From assembly GCA_012295275.1 (NCBI GenBank), contig CM022672.1:17422001-17486000 (forward strand): 64,000 nucleotides of DNA. Direction: 5' to 3'. A model generated the notes under the pieces. That model did no database searches and was not told the origin of the DNA. It saw only the letters and a program-made list of their open reading frames with translations. This document shows positions 15,051-29,088 of this stretch, one piece after another. Position 1 is the first letter of the stretch. Every line of letters starts with the position of its first letter. Source of the DNA: Chrysomallon squamiferum (Eukaryota; Animalia; Mollusca). The translations under genes and the position numbers were made by a program.

Positions 15051-15484
15051 AGGTTTGTTTTTCTAATGGTGAGGGGAGAAAGAATGAGAGAGAATGATGC
15101 ATGGAAGATAGTAAAAGTGTCAGAGAGACAGAAAGACAGACACTGAGAGATTATGCAAAAGATAGAAGTAAAGACAACAAAAAAGAAAAAAGAAAGCAAG
15201 AGAGAGAGAGAGAAAAAGAAGAACTGGACGAGAATACTTTTTATAAAATCTTCCCCCGTGTGAATATTGAGTTTGAAAAATCTGTAAATATGAAAAACGG
15301 ACGCCATGTTTGAAAACAGTGTCTCCTTGAACTTCATATTGATTATTTGCTTGTTAACTTTCTCCTGTATGTAATTTAGAGAAATTAATTACCCGAGCAT
15401 GGTGTGGCTTTTTATTTGTTTATCGTAAGTCTTGAATCATAATTGATGTTATCAGGCAAGTTGGAATAACGCGCATTTAAGAAC

Positions 15485-15571
15485 TAAATAAATAAATAAA
15501 AAATAATAACATAAAATATATAAATAAATAACAAATAAATAAATAACAAATAATAACCTATAATAAATATA

Positions 15572-15622
<51 letters not shown>

Positions 15623-15775
15623 ATATATAAATAAATAAATAATAATAACATAAAATAAATATATAAATAAATAAATAACAAATAATAACATAAAATAAAT
15701 ATATACATAAATAAATAAATAAATAAATAAAATTTAAACATAAAACTGATAATAATAATAATAATAATAATATAT
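15485..15775. repeat. (AAAT)n/(AAT)n low-complexity tract
   Basis: Direct inspection; boundaries approximate. Confidence 0.95.
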
Positions 15776-16107
15776 AATACATTTATGAGTAAGCCTCTCT
15801 GAAAACCACTCGCTTCTCTAAAAGGAATAAATTATTTCAAGTACTCGAACTTCTTACTGTACCGGCAAAAGGACAAACGTCTGAAGAACACGCGACAGTT
15901 TAATTTGAATTCTTTCAAAATTTCTGAAACCACGAGAGGAAACAACAAAGGTGCTGGGGCCGTCCTGTCCTGCCTCTCGGAGAATAGATTCTGTCCCACA
16001 GGGAGGAGCTAAACAGCAAATTAACTCTACGTTTGATGATGGGAAGGAAGCCATACTGTTATTTTGGTACATAGGAGTACACGGCTAACATCAATATTCA
16101 TTAAGAA

Positions 16108-16141
<34 letters not shown>

Positions 16142-16313
16142 CGTGTTCAAAATCTAAGTCTGTGAAAAGTCATTATTTAAATTTTTGGGAGAAAAATGTG
16201 GAACATTGGGTTTTAACGAGATTGAGTATAGTGTTTTATGTTGTATGGAAATATGTTACTTTCTTAATAGTGAAATTCTTTCTTCCATGCCATAGATTAA
16301 AAACTGTTCACAA

Positions 16314-16348
<35 letters not shown>

Positions 16349-17038
16349 GATGTTGTCGAAAACAGCGAAAATACTGTTAGTTTGATAACTGAACATGTAT
16401 TTGAAATCTGGTTATTCTGCAAAATGAGCCAAATAAACGAGTCTTCTTTCTGACATATAAATATATTTTAATCTGGTTTTTCTTATAATCAGTCATCCAG
16501 TAAATCAGTCTACTATTGTTGTTTGATTTTTTACAGGAGAAAAATAAACGATACATAACTTGAAACAGCGCATATGTAAGAACATAACAGCGATTATAAT
16601 AATAACCTTTGAAAATGCACATCCAAATAGACACTCATTAGTACAAATTAACAAATACAGAACAAAGAAAATTACAAACATATCATAATTAAGCTAAAGA
16701 TAGGTAATGTTTCGTTCTGAATTCATATGATAATACCCTGAACTCATACACACATATACACGCAGACAAATACACACACACACACTCACAGACATACACA
16801 GACACAGATGTCGTTATTTGGGATTATAAACTAAATTTGAGGGATTTAATTCGTTGGTCATTGTTCATTGTGACCCAGACAATGCAGTAAAACATTATTT
16901 ACGTTCATGAAAATATATCCCAAAACATTTGTATTCATGGCAGTTTCATTCAGATTTTAGCTTTGTGTTATGGATATATGCCACAGACTGTTTTTGCGAT
17001 TTAATACAATATGTCTAACTTGGGGTGAATTAATGCTT

Positions 17039-17106
17039 TCTTCCTTCCTTCCAATATATTATTTTCAGACGTCTTCCTTCCTTCCAATATATCATTTTCA
17101 GATGTC
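17039..17106. repeat. 33-bp tandem duplication
   Basis: tcttccttccttccaatatat(t/c)attttcaga(c/t)g at 17039 and 17072. Confidence 0.9.
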
Positions 17107-17712
17107 TGAGTCAAAGTTAAAATAACAATTTAAAAAATTCTCTCAACAATTAATTGTCATGTTTAATTCTGAACTCAATGGCAGCTGGTCATTTTAAACT
17201 GTACATACGTAGATATTGTTTTAATCAGTAAATATTAGATCATGTATATTATTTTAAACAACTAAATGTTGAAGGTATCATTTTGAACATATTCTAAGTT
17301 TGAATTACTTAATGAGATAGTATCATTTGGAATATGTGAATGTCGATGTATCATTTTGACCAGACACATTTCAGTGTATCGTTGAACAACTGAAACGAAA
17401 AACATCGAACACAAATATATCAGCCTTAAGAATGGAAAATTAATGTTTGGTTTTTAAACGAATGAAAACTAGAATATTCTTGAGTAACAGTGCAACGGTC
17501 TAAACAACAGAATGATAATATGTTTAGCAAAATTACATATGTTCTGTATCACACTGGATAAAGATATAATTATATGTGTAAGGTTAAGGATTTAAATTAA
17601 TCTGTAGTCAAACAGCAGTAAACATTATTCAGATATATCCATTATCATAATGATGATAACAAATGAACAGAAGTAAGCATGTGACTAATAGGTAACAACC
17701 ACCAAAAGCAGA

Positions 17713-17764
<52 letters not shown>

Positions 17765-17799
17765 AAATAAATAAAATAAATAAATAAAATAAAAAATAA

Positions 17800-17831
<32 letters not shown>

Positions 17832-18242
17832 ATAATAATGATGATGATGATGATGATGATGATAATGACTACAATGATGATAATAATAACAATAATGTAA
17901 ATTCTAGATATATTATTCCTTGGTGGGGTTTTTTGGCTAACAGCTATACTACGTCTTACATTGCTAACGTTCTCTGGCGAGCCTCCAGTGTAAATTGTCA
18001 TTTACGCTCAAACACTTTTAATCAGTGTCAAATGGGAAAAGTCCTTACCGTACAGACAAAATGTCCTCTATTGTTTACGCAAGGACACACAAATCAATAT
18101 GAAAACTGAGGACTTTCATTTCCATCTGTGATGAAGACACTTGTGTTATTGTTATGTGATGCTGTATATGAGTTCAGACAACGTGTTAATCATCTGGTCA
18201 CGTAGAAACGTCAATATGCAAGCATGTGTACATAGTACGTAA

Positions 18243-18273
<31 letters not shown>

Positions 18274-18360
18274 TACATGTATGTACATAGTGTGTGTATT
18301 GTGTATGTACACAGTGTGTGTACATGTATGTACATGTATGTACACAGTGTGTGTATATGT

Positions 18361-18534
18361 GTATTTAGGAATAAATATTCTATCGTCTTAAGTTAGTCTG
18401 ATCATAGCCAATATTCGGCAATGCACGGCTCAGGACGCTAAAGTCCAATCACGATCACACAAACGTCAGATGTCGCTGACGAGACTAGAACGTATGACAC
18501 CTGTTAACCCAAATTCCGTAGAACGACACCAAAA
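18361..18534 (-). mobile_element. Diverged copy B of the same SINE-like element, opposite strand
   Basis: aaagtccaatcacgatcacacaaacgtcagatgtcgctgacgagactagaacgtatgacacc (18440-18501) is the near-exact reverse complement of 51463-51525. Similarity continues through aatattcgg/aatattc in the tail. The A-box is degraded. Confidence 0.8.
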
Positions 18535-18830
18535 TGTGTGTATGTATGCATGCATGCATGTATGTATATATGTATATATGTGTGTGTGTAGTGTACGCGC
18601 GCACGTATATAGCCACCATGTGTATGTATGTGTGTATGTATGTATGTATGTATGTATGTATGTATGTATATATGTATGTTTGTGTGTATGTGTACGCGCG
18701 GAGGTATATAATATGTACGTGTATATCTGTGATATATGCTTATGTATGTATGTCCGCGCTCGTTTATATGTATGTTTGTATGTATATGTATGTATGTGTC
18801 TGTGTATACGTATCAGATATTTATGTACTT
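18535..18830. repeat. (TATG)n tract abutting the head of SINE copy B
   Basis: Direct inspection; boundaries approximate. Confidence 0.95.
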
Positions 18831-19469
18831 TGCATACGAGTTGATGACACTCTTTCTATCTTTCTTTCTCTCTCTCGCTCTCTCTTTTCGAAAACAAATA
18901 TACAAATCCCCATGTTAACCATACAGTGAGTCATATTTGTTACAGATACAGAAAATAAAATATGGCTAGAAAATTACTTTCGATATCGTTTGGAACAAAT
19001 CAATAGGTCTCACAAAATATATTAAATAACTTTCCCGCAACTCTCAGCATTCCAAAACTGGACAAGAGGCAAGATAACCGGTTGATACAACACTAAATGG
19101 TTCATTCTCTGTCTAATTGGATGCACTAGAAATCTTACAAACGTTCTTCAAGTGGATCCCCTGAGATCACGTAATTTCAAATGTTATTACTTTTTGACTG
19201 CCTCGTTCCATAACAGCCAAGAGTAAGATAAAAAAAAAAATAATAATAAAAAAAAATCACTTGGGTTTCTGCAGACGACGCAGTCTTGATTAAACATTAA
19301 TAAACAAATAAATTTAATTTTGAGCAACTACATCAGCAGTAGATGAACTTGTCAAACAATGAAAGGCATCTCCTTATAACAATGAGATCTATTTAATCTT
19401 AAATTCTGAGTCACCATTTAATAATTTAACCATCAAGATACATACGAAGGCATGAACAAAAATGATTAT

Positions 19470-19665
19470 ATTCATCCATATACACACATGCACATATGCA
19501 GACATATATACATACATACGCACTTACATACATTTATACATACATACACACTTACATACATACATACATTTATACATACATACATACATACACATACATA
19601 CATACATACATTCATACATACATACATACATACATACATACATACATACATACATACATACTTCA
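19470..19665. repeat. (TACA)n microsatellite
   Basis: Direct inspection; boundaries approximate. Confidence 0.95.
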
Positions 19666-20163
19666 TATACTTTAACCAGATACGTACATGAACCTTTACA
19701 CACATACAATACGTTTCAAGTAGAGGACAGACCGCCTAGCCACAATGATAAGTTAGTTGGTTAGTGACAGGCAAATCGATACCGTGCTGTCAGTATCGTT
19801 TCATTAACTTGTGAAACGACCTGTTCTAAATAAACCCTTTTCAAGTCTTTGTGGTAGTTCAAAGAGAAACAACACTTCCTTAAAATAGGTTTATTTTTTG
19901 TGAATGCGACGGAGAATTAATTACTCGGTTAATTTACGATCTTCTGTTGGGTTTTACTAAGGTAACAATGACACGGTCTGCAGTGTGGATTCAAGTAACC
20001 GTATCTTGTGTTGTTCGTATGTGTTCATTTGATAATTTATGTATGTCGAGATAACCTAGTCTGATTCAGTTTATTGACAGTTTTGTGTTTTCTATGTGCA
20101 TGTGCGAGCGTAACTATAATACACTAGATATGCTGGTATGTCTTCGTGTGTGTCTGCATACAT

Positions 20164-20223
<60 letters not shown>

Positions 20224-21932
20224 GTATGAATATATATATATATATAATTATGTATGAATATATATATATAAAATTATATATGAATATGTCTTTGTTTGCT
20301 AGTGTGGTATGATGCAAGTTAAATAATTATTAAACTTTTTTATTATTTTGCTCTTCTCCACGCCTTTGTTGTAATAGAAGATAGTTAACTAACTTCAATG
20401 GAATTACATGACACTAATGTTCTCTTCAGCGACCCACATTTCAGTAAATAAAATAATTCAATCAAGTAATACTGCAAAAATCAAAAGGTTAACCTAAACT
20501 GCTTTTTGAAATGGCGTGGAGACTTCTATTTTCAGATTTAATTATGGATGCATTTACTACTTAAATTGTACACGCATTTGTCAATGTCAGAACCACTGTA
20601 ACGTGTGCTCTGTGATTCTTGATTACTTAATTTTACGTGTTTTCTCGACGTTAATTGTAAGAAAAATGAGAGTCAATGAAAGCAAGTGAGTAAACAGGGC
20701 AAGGAAAAATGTAGTAAGTCAAAGAGGGAGTTTTGAAAGAGAAACAGAAAAAGTGTGAAAGAGTTTCAAACAGAGAGAGAACATTACAACAACAAAACAC
20801 AGTTGAGAAACTGAGAAACTGAAAGAATGAAACAGAAAATTTAGAATGACTGAAGGAGAGAAAGGTTACCAAAACCACTTGTTAACAGTCATTAAACTGG
20901 ATGATATTCAACACAGCGAATATAGAATATAAGCTTATATTATTTCGTTGTTGTTTTTAATATATAAAATGGTGAATGGAATCTCCACAGTTATAATTAA
21001 CAGTCTTTAACCAAATAAAATTTCAATAATTTGGAATAATACTTATACGGCTTTTGCTGAAAAAACGAAACAAAAAATGGATGTTAATGTTCCATGCACC
21101 AGTGCGCGATAGTGATCCATTCTGAACCCCAGAATCAACAGAACCAGATGTTACTGATGACGACAGCGACCCAACACAGCCTCTCTAAAGCGACTGAATT
21201 AAATGTTGTGTTTGTTGAATAAGCTTTTCAAAGGCGGTTGAATATTATTGCAGTGAATTTTTTTCTCTTCAGTATTCGCCAGCGAGTAGCAATAGATGCT
21301 GAATTTTAGATTGGCAACGACCATTCTTCGAGAGTTGCCGACCAATGTCAAGAGATGCTTGTTTGATGAAATAACTGCATTGCCAAGGCTTGTAGGCATT
21401 GGAGAGTTGCAATTTTGAGACTAGTGTTAATAAGATCTGTAACCATAGGTTTTGTCTGAATGTCAGCGCTATAAAATTGAATATTGGAACAGTCATACTT
21501 TATATCTCAAAAAAATATTAGAATACATTATAGACCAACAATATATTATCTAAAATCCATTTTTGTATAATTATGTGAATGTATATTTTAATTTCAGTAT
21601 TTTTCTTTGAAATAACATCTTATAACATGAGTCTGTCTCCGAGCATTTCGAATAAGGGTCGATTCAACTATAATTAATTCATCCAGCATTTCGATTCTTT
21701 CAAAAGAAAACTTTGACCTGCATGCCATTATAAAAAGACAAAATTATGCAAAGCTTTCAAGAGAAACTCCTGATTTGATCATTAAACATTCTTAGCAAGG
21801 CGTTATATTTCATTGATCTAATATGTTCTTATTAAATAGAAATGTGTATAAGTGAAAGTAAATTCGTTCGTTATCAGTGATATTCGGATTTCTAAATAAA
21901 AAGTAACAATCCCAACAGCAAAGCAATAACTG

Positions 21933-21952
21933 TAATAATAATAATAATAATA

Positions 21953-22037
<85 letters not shown>

Positions 22038-22172
22038 GTAATAATAATAATAACAACAATAACAACAACAACACCGGTAACAACAACAAAATAACCATAA
22101 TAATAATAGTAATAGTAATAGTAGTAGTAGTAGTAGTAGTAGTAGTAATAGAAATAGTAGTAGTAGTAGTAA

Positions 22173-22219
<47 letters not shown>

Positions 22220-22220
22220 A
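21933..22220. repeat. (AAT)n-(AAC)n-(AGT)n compound trinucleotide repeat
   Basis: Direct inspection; source of the poly-L/Y/I ORFs. Confidence 0.95.
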
Positions 22221-23004
22221 AACATACTGCATAATAAAGTTATTCAAAAATCATACTAAGTGCCTGTTTGGAGCCGATTTAGAATTAGAATTAACAGTTT
22301 GTATTTAGAGACAAGCCACGAAATTAAATTCAGGAAGTGTTAAATGATTTACTACCTTGCCTCAGGATATTCTGACAACAAATATAACGCAGGGAACATC
22401 CGGTAAGTCAGTCGAGTTATTATTTCTAGATGTCATATTTATGTGTATGGATAAACTACGCTTATTGTTTTCATTCGTTCTGCAATTCACGGACATATTT
22501 TGCACTTTATTTTTCAATCAGCGCCGCAGGCAAAGCTCATAAACATATTGATCGGTTAACTTTGAACGAATTGTTCTGTAATTGCTTGAGTTATAAGCGA
22601 ACGCTTTATGAATTTGTTGATCTATCTATTTTGATTTTCATGACGTTTTTACCTCTGAACAAATTTGATGAAGCGTAAAATAGTATTCACTGAGATTACG
22701 TAAGGTTTAACTTCAGCTTAAGGTTTGGATTTCTTATATGTATAATTTCTTAATTAAGCACGTGCCAGTCATCGTACAAGGAACCTGGGTTTCTTGAGTT
22801 CAGGGACGATAAATTGCAGGAAACAAGACGCAATTTTTATATACAAAAAATGTGGGCGAGTGGCTTCTTTTACGTGGGTTAGTTGGCTAGATTAAAGAAA
22901 GAGGTATCATTACGTTCAGGGGTGCTGGCTTGTTATTCTTACTGATTAGATTTGATAAGATTAAATTAGACCGTATTGTGCTGGAATGGAACCTTTGTTA
23001 TTAG

Positions 23005-23235
23005 GCAGATTTTTGACCTATCACCGCTTGACCTTGCGGGTTATTGAATGGATTGATCGTGAGCAGGCAATAGCGAGAACCACTGTCCAGCAAGATGCAG
23101 ATGGTATCCCAACCTCTACGGCAGATTCAACGACGCTTTCTACAGCTGCAACAGCACCTTCATAACCTGTGAGTCGATCGTGAGGATCGCAGTGATGTGA
23201 CAGAATTGTTCCATGACATCGGGTGGAACATCCGC
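23005..23235 (+). mobile_element. Possible highly degraded Tc1/mariner transposase N-terminal relic
   Basis: Non-repetitive, GC-richer island. Frame-shifted peptides RL..RV...DRE...RTTVQQD, QRRFLQLQQHLHNL and FHDIG occur in the same order as Tc1 motifs DRPRSGRPR.TT..QD, LQ..L and RLHE.G. No TIRs were identified. Confidence 0.25.
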
Positions 23236-25379
23236 TTAAAACACTTAAGGCACAGAACACTGACAAAAGCTCTCAGTGAAAAAATGTCTTGGACAAAATC
23301 TTAAATTGTCAATATATATCTTTTAGGGGGGTGGAGTTAATAAAAATTGGTGGCTTTTGTGCCTGTGTCTATTTTACTTGCGATTTTTCTTCCTAGATTA
23401 GTTGCAAGAATATAATTCTCCTAATTTTTGTCAGACCACATTTTGAACAAAGTCTTCCTAGCAACCTTTTTGTATGAGACACAAATTAGCGCCTGCCTGG
23501 ATTCTGTCAATAATTATTTTGAGCTGTGTGTTAATGTATTTACCAAAAACCAATATTAAGTCCTGTTTCTAAATAATGAAATTAACTGCCTGGATAAATT
23601 ATATCACAGAGTAAGTAAACTTACGTTCGTTTTTGTACGTGTATAATAAAACAAACAAACAAACAAAATTAAATTTAATTACATATACACTATATCCACG
23701 AACAAAAAAACACCAAAAAACAACAACAACAAAAACAATCAAAGAAACAAAACAGACAGAAAAATAGTAATAAAAAATTCTATACTTGTTATTTTCGTCC
23801 CTCTTTGCTACTATTCAAAATTTTTTGTTCTATTTAAGAATTTATAACTTTCTCAAAACACACACACACACACACACACAGACCGACAAAACAAAACAAA
23901 ACATACACCCACATAATGTTAGTGGTGAAATTGTTTTTAACTGTCAGTGGTAAGAGCCACAAAAAATACCCTCAGACTTAAAGTTAATGAAAACGTGGGC
24001 GATATTTACTGTACATGTCTGTTAGTCGTTTTAAAGCATGGATGCTGAATTTGAACCTGACGCTAGACGCCCTACTTTGAAATAATTAAAAAAACGTTAC
24101 GAGGACAAAACCAGAACGACCGAGAGTCAGGAATGTTCCAAGTTTCACTGAAGGGGGGAAAAAATCAATAACTGCAGACAAACACATAATTCTTTGAAAA
24201 AAATGTTTTGTCGATTTTTGACATTTGTTAGTTTTGTAATAAAATGCGTAGAAAAGTGGATTTACGCGATGTTATAGTCATTCTTTTATTTTTATTATTT
24301 TTTTTTTCTCTCTCTCTCTCTCTCGTCTGCAATTCTGCGTCATAGATCTAAGTGTTCTGCCTTTTTGGGGGAAAATGTTACACTGACGGATGGAAATAGC
24401 AATTTGGCTGGCAAATGGACATGACGTTGGCGTTGTTTTGAGAAAAGGTCAGTTTGATAACGTTCAGCTCACACTCTGTACGTGAGTAAAGCAATTGGAA
24501 GCGTGTTTCCAGAGAAACATCGTCAGAACTTATTTTGGTGTCTGTCAACTGACGTTCATTGTTGTTACGCCAGTACTGCACGCCAAAAATACACAGAGAA
24601 ACGCATTAGAGAGCATGGTTAAAAAATTAACGTTTTCTATTGTACAGGAGGAATCTTATTCTCGAAAAAATATAAAAATAAAAAATTCAAAATAAGAAAA
24701 CCTCAAAAATAAACGAAAGTAAATCTAACATTATGTAATTTTAATAATTGTTATATGATACAAGAACTGTATATTTGTTTAACCGACACTTCGACTATCT
24801 TTATTTTTTTTAACGATTAATAGTTGCTAATTTGTAAAATAATATATTTTTTAAATAATGCTAAAAATGAAACTCGCTGTCACCAGTCGACTGTTCGAGA
24901 AAGAAATCACATCTGCATAAATCTACAATAAATCAAATAATTTAAAAATCCATAATTTTTTTATAAACAAATATTTTAATATCATTCATCATTATGGTAA
25001 TTTTCTCGCAAAAGATAAAGAGAGAGAGAAAAATAAAATTATATAAACGAAATAAAAAAAAAAAATAAAAATAAAAACTTTGACAATATGAACTAACGCT
25101 TTTGCACTTATATAAAAACAGAGATTAAAACCGCTCGCAATAAATTGATATTTCATCTCGTATCCAATATGGCGCTCTTTGATGCTTCTATTACCAGTAG
25201 ATTAGTTTTATTAAAAAAAATGTCTTTGAAGAAGACATCTGTGTCATATAAACCCATTAGCGCTGAGATATTGCCACGGTCCAGGCGTAGAGAATGAAAA
25301 AATGGTTTTCTTGTTTCGTGAAACGAAAACGTGTCTTTAAAGATACCGTCTCTTTTAATTCGTCAGAATTGAATACGTT

Positions 25380-25463
25380 ATTTAACGCAAAACTGTGTTT
25401 ACGTAATTTAACGCAAAAATGTGTTTACGTAATTTAACGCAAAAATGTGTTTACAAAATTTAA
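25380..25463. repeat. 26-bp minisatellite, 3 copies
   Basis: tttaacgcaaaa(c/a)tgtgtttacgtaa at 25381, 25407 and 25433. Confidence 0.95.
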
Positions 25464-27346
25464 TAAGAAACTGTATAAACGAACTGGTTATTCTTCCCAA
25501 AATAAAAAGCTGTTTTTGAAAATCATTATAACAGTATCAAAGTCATACATTTATTAATGTCATTTGTCATTTAAATATACGAAAATAATATCCATAGAGA
25601 GATATATAAAACATTTTTTTTTTACAGTTAATAATAATATAAATACAATAACATATTTTATCGAAGAAGCGGAAATTTTTTTTCTCTTGTCAAAAGTCAG
25701 AAAATCAAAAGTCCAGCTGCACTGAATCACAATCAGAATGCTGCGTGTGCAAAACGATACTAATTAACTAATAATTAAGAATCACAAAAAATGACTCTCC
25801 GTGACTGCATTAATATAAACCCAAGTACAGTAATGAGCATACGTAAAAGAATAATATTTGTCATTAACCATGCCGGAACTATTCTCAACTAAGCAACTAT
25901 TTATAAGAAAAAAAAAAAAACTGCTCGTGGAATTAATACAATTAGTTGTTTTTTACCATTTCAGTAATGATTTTACGCTCTGATGGTCACTGACCGAAAC
26001 ATCGTCAGGTTATGTGGCATTTTTTTATTTTTTTATTATTTTTTATTTCTATGTGCCCGTACTAGCCAAACAATAATTTGCATAAGAATATCAGCCTGCG
26101 TAATTTTTTCTTTCTTTTTAATGATACGCGCAGAAATGACGTAACCGCAACGTTGCTGTAAGAATTCACGTTACGTCGGCCTCGCTTAATCCCCTAGGGA
26201 GTTCGCTGACGTCCGGAGAACAGCGTTTAGCCGTTGTTTTTGAAACGTAAAATAACCTCGTTTGCTGCCAGGAATCCCTCGGCCTCGAATCGACATTACT
26301 CTTTTGCATGTCTGCGGCAATCTGCAGCATTTATTTCGCCGCAAATAAACATATTTCAGAAAGAATGACACGAGCTGATGGAATTATTTTCGTTCGAGAA
26401 GGTTCACGATGTCGAGTCTGCACCCAAGACTGACGACAAGAGGCGAAAGGAAATTATTATTATCGATCACCGTGCAGCTGGTTTTAGACCCCAGTGTTTA
26501 CCTTGTAAGTTTAAAGTAAATTTTCAGCCAGTCATACAAATATTGAGAGGGTGATAACAAGATTAAAAATTAACACGATAGAACAAGAATCTAAATTACA
26601 GTAAGAAGAACAGCGACAACAACATAAATAACAAAAGAAAAAAGAAAAAGAAAAGAAAAGAACAAACAGAAAACCCAGATAGATGTCGAAACAGTTTCTG
26701 CAAAGTGTGTGCGCAAAAGAATAAATATTTTTTTTATTTAACTGCGATGTAACGTAAGGTTTACAAATGTTATATAATCAATATTATATGAGGCCAGTCT
26801 CGAAGACGTCACTGCACATGTGACAGATTAGAAGCAACAATTCTTTTAAATGTTAATCTTTTATTTATTTCTTTGTTTTTGTTCAAACCTTTGGTAAAGA
26901 TTCAAGCGGCGATGCGATGGGCGAATCAGCTGGGAATTGATCCTGAAACTCATTATACTTCTTTCTAGAGCTTGACCGCATTCGTCAAGACAGAGAAAGA
27001 AGAAATAGAAAAAAAAAAAAAAAAAAAAACATCTAGAACAACATTAATATAAAACATTCCGTAGCAGTAGTTTTGGACACAAGTAATTACACTACTAGCT
27101 CCGAATTTGTCAACAGAAACCACAATTTAATTAAAAAGTTGTAATTCCATTTCACATTTAGTAAAACGAGTCGCACGGATTCCTTTAATTACAGTCATGT
27201 ATTAGTCATGAAATTAGAGTACTGCGGACAACGGAAGCGAGGAATTCACTTCAAAACAGCATTAACGGCATATTTTCTATAAACACATGACTTCTGTCTC
27301 TATTTGTTTTTAGCGTAAGTGAGTTTGTGTGTATGTGTATATTTGT

Positions 27347-27390
<44 letters not shown>

Positions 27391-29042
27391 TCAAATGAAA
27401 GACATATCTGACAGTCACAATAGAGATAACTAATTATTTTACCAACATCATTACAATAAGACCATTTATCCTCAATCGTTTATAACGTCATAATCGTGTC
27501 CTTTATTTATTTATTTAAATAAGGATAAACAGAATGATAATTCAGAAGAAACTGACAAGTTAGTGAATCGAAATATGCCAGCTGTTCATGGTTTAAACAT
27601 GTTTAAACTATGCTAATTTGCACATATTCATATAAATGAACTTTCCAAACTGTTGTAGCACTCGCATAGTGAATAAGTAAAATTACGTCATCGATCCTAT
27701 ATACTACTGCATGTTTACTTAGAAAATTTAATTCAGTCGATGGTGGTGGTAGGTTCAGATCGTAGAGATACTGTCACTATGTGTCTGCTTATTACATAAT
27801 AAACAGAACTTTGCTTTTTAGCCAATTTGTACTGTTAACATAATATTGTAAAGGTAGACTGAACTATTTATAATGTAATTTAAAGGACTTTAATTCATTC
27901 ATTCTAATTTCCCGTGGTTCGGCAGAATCTCTATTCTTGCACTGAAACCATCCCAGTTATTCCGTATTTGAGATGATTGATCTCTATTACAATAACACAA
28001 CAACAACAACAAAAACTACTACTACAACTACTGATGCTACTACTACAACCACTACTATTATAATACCAGTGACTTTTCATTACTACTACTACTGCTGCTG
28101 ATGTTGCTAATATCATCACTGCCACTACTACTATCATTTCCATTGATATTACTACCACCACCACCACCACTTCTACTGCAACCACTAGCATCTCTTTTCA
28201 AATCTCTTTATTTCTTTCGCTTGGTAACTCATGTGATGTACCATTAAAATCCCACCAAGAAACGTACTTAGTTTGCAGTCTGCGCTGTCATGCATTGTTC
28301 TAAAAATAAAAAAAATAATTGTCTCCTGCTTTCAGAAATAACGCCATCTTAATTTCCAGTCGGACAAACGATGAAAAGCGTGTAGTCTGTGGTTTTTAGC
28401 AAAATGCACGCGATCTCGTCCGCAGGGAAGCCAGTCGCTGGGTAGAAGACACTGCTTGTTCTCGTTGTTTACAAGACAGGTTCATGTTGAAGCAAACCAG
28501 AGCCAGGCGGCCTAGGGCTGATGACAGTATGTCGAACCAATATAGACATTAAATTTCTAACACGCAATGTGTTTCTTTATTAAGAAAAGTAAATTGGAGA
28601 ACGTAAAGATTTAATGAAGTTGTACAAAGCGCTGGTATCTCGGTACGATGATTTATTCAATAAAACGTTTACTCAGGAAGTCGAAAGGAAAGGAAAGAAA
28701 GAAAGAAAGAAAGAAAGAAAAAAAAAAAAGCAACGTCTCGTATAAAAATAACATTTTTCTTTCTTTTTAATTCTTCTTCTTTGGCTATAAAATAAGAGAT
28801 AACAGCGTTTTATAAAATGAATAGTAAGAAGAATATTTTTCAGTTATAAATGGAAGCAGAATGAATGGACACCCAGTTCCTGCAATTCAGAAAATAGAAT
28901 TTTAATTTATCAGTCCAATCAGAAATGTAATTGTCTTTAACTATAAGTAATTGAATTAAATAAATATTAAAAATGTTATCGAAATATAAGAATAAAATTA
29001 AAAAAACAAATAAATAACCACAACAACAGGTATTATTATCAC

Positions 29043-29088
<46 letters not shown>

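Noticed and set aside
21199-21496. Penelope RT C-terminal relic on the minus strand (DIGRQL..., LFNKHNI)
   Set aside because: The motifs are in different frames and about twice as far apart as I would expect, so chance is likely.
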